64,000 nt of DNA, from NCBI GenBank assembly GCA_951406725.2, contig OX597815.1, positions 183,396,001 to 183,460,000 of the forward strand, in the 5' to 3' direction. Positions 62,720 to 64,000 of the stretch are shown in pieces. Below the pieces are notes generated by a model. The model saw nothing but the letters and a program-made list of their open reading frames with translations, ran no database searches and had not been told where the DNA came from. Within the stretch, counting starts at the first letter, position 1. Every line of letters starts with the position of its first letter. Origin of the DNA: Octopus vulgaris. Taxonomy: Eukaryota. The position numbers and the translations under genes were made by a program.

Positions 62720-63945
62720 CGGAACAAGATATTAAAAAAAGATGAACCTCTTCTCTACTTCTTGTACTCCTTTTGGATTTGCAATAAGGAGACTTAGGTG
62801 ACGTTTATGCCTACTCCATGAAAGACATATGTGAGACTAGATATGTAGGCTTTTTGCGAAGATATGGAAGAGCTGTGGGACCCAAACTGTTACAGTATCT
62901 GGTCCTGCATATTCATGGTGAAGTTGGGGTCTTTGGCACTTTGCAACGGCGCCTCGTTCTGTAGTTTGTGGGACTTTCAAAGCCAAAGTTTGGTACATTT
63001 CTCCCAGGATTTTTCAGATGTACATCACTGCATAATTTTCCCGCTTTCAATCTAGGGTGTAGCGTCCTAACTTTTTGAGTCTCTCCCAGTAGCTGAACTG
63101 TTCCATTGTGGCGATCTTTGAATAGCTTCACTGAGTTGCTTCGAGTTTCATCGCTAGGTTTACACTGTGTGGTGACCATATTTGGAAGCAGTAGTCTAAA
63201 CGGCTTAAAACATGTTCTCCAGAGGGCCATCATGGTTTCTTGTTCTCTCGTTCTGAAAGTTCTAAGGAGCCGTTCGGTCAGCCACCTGCATTTTATTGTC
63301 AACTTAGTAATATACGCCTGGAAAATGCATGTCAGTGCCCAAATCACGCACTGATGTTGATTCAGGGTTTGCAATCCCTCCTGGGCCAGTGTTATCCCGT
63401 CTGCATTTCCTTGAGCTTCATATGCTGGTAGAGCAAGGCTTGAAATTTTCCAGCATTAAACATGCTGCAGGCGCGCAACCTCCAGCGTTTTAAATCCCCT
63501 GAGATACTTCTGTATCGTCTGCCTAGAAGTACCGTTGGTGTTTCAACGATTTATTGAAATACCAACTGATCTTACAAATCGGTTTCGCTCTGAGAGTTCA
63601 ACAAAATGTATAATAATGGAACCTGATTATGAAACTCTGCTCTCATCAGAATCGACAGTTATGAAAGAAAGAAAATATGCCGATTGCTCTATGTTATTGG
63701 AGCATGTCATAGAAATTTCTTTATCTTGTCCTTTGATGTTCACAAAAGAATGTGGTTAGGTGTGAAGGTTATTGGCCAATATGTTTTTCTCTGGGAGTTC
63801 GTTGTTCCATAAGCAATTTAATTAATGTGGAAATTTAAACCTTTGTATTTTATGGAGGCAGGGTTTGTTGGCCATCTGTTTATCCATATTTCTTCAATTC
63901 TGCTTCAAATGTGGATCCTTTATAATCTCTTTTTATATAAACGGC
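62720..63945 (-). mobile_element. CR1/L2-like LINE RT 3' fragment
   Basis: W.LRTFRTRE..TM..LW.T remnants with many frameshifts. Confidence 0.75.
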
Positions 63946-64000
63946 AAAATGTCTGTGTGTGTGTGTGTGTATGTGTATGTCCTTTATACAAATCCACAAT

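Overview
AT-rich, microsatellite- and transposon-dense animal DNA; the SINE/LINE families resemble octopus (coleoid cephalopod) repeats (recognition from memory, not a database search). One host gene is readable. It is a minus-strand secreted von Willebrand D-domain glycoprotein of the mucin/otogelin/SCO-spondin/hemolectin type. I rebuilt 16 coding exons by hand (45659/45641 down to 575); all have GT-AG ends and matching phases, giving about 803-809 aa. Domain order is signal peptide, EMI-like, EGF, TB-like, VWD1, degenerate C8, TIL, E, VWD2, C8, and the gene runs off the left edge. The rest is mostly repeats: tRNA-derived SINEs, RTE, CR1, Tx1, Dong/R4 and Penelope-like fragments, a Tc1, MITEs, a Helitron and solo LTRs. 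The most striking non-coding signal is a set of candidate self-cleaving ribozymes: minimal type-I hammerheads from several unrelated families. These include a tRNA-headed SINE carrying two tandem hammerheads and a three-hammerhead foldback beside exon 2; there is also a degenerate HDV-like fold upstream of an RTE ORF. Several foldbacks are present, including a perfect 105-bp-arm palindrome and inverted repeats bracketing exon 12. Exon coordinates were counted base by base; repeat boundaries are approximate.
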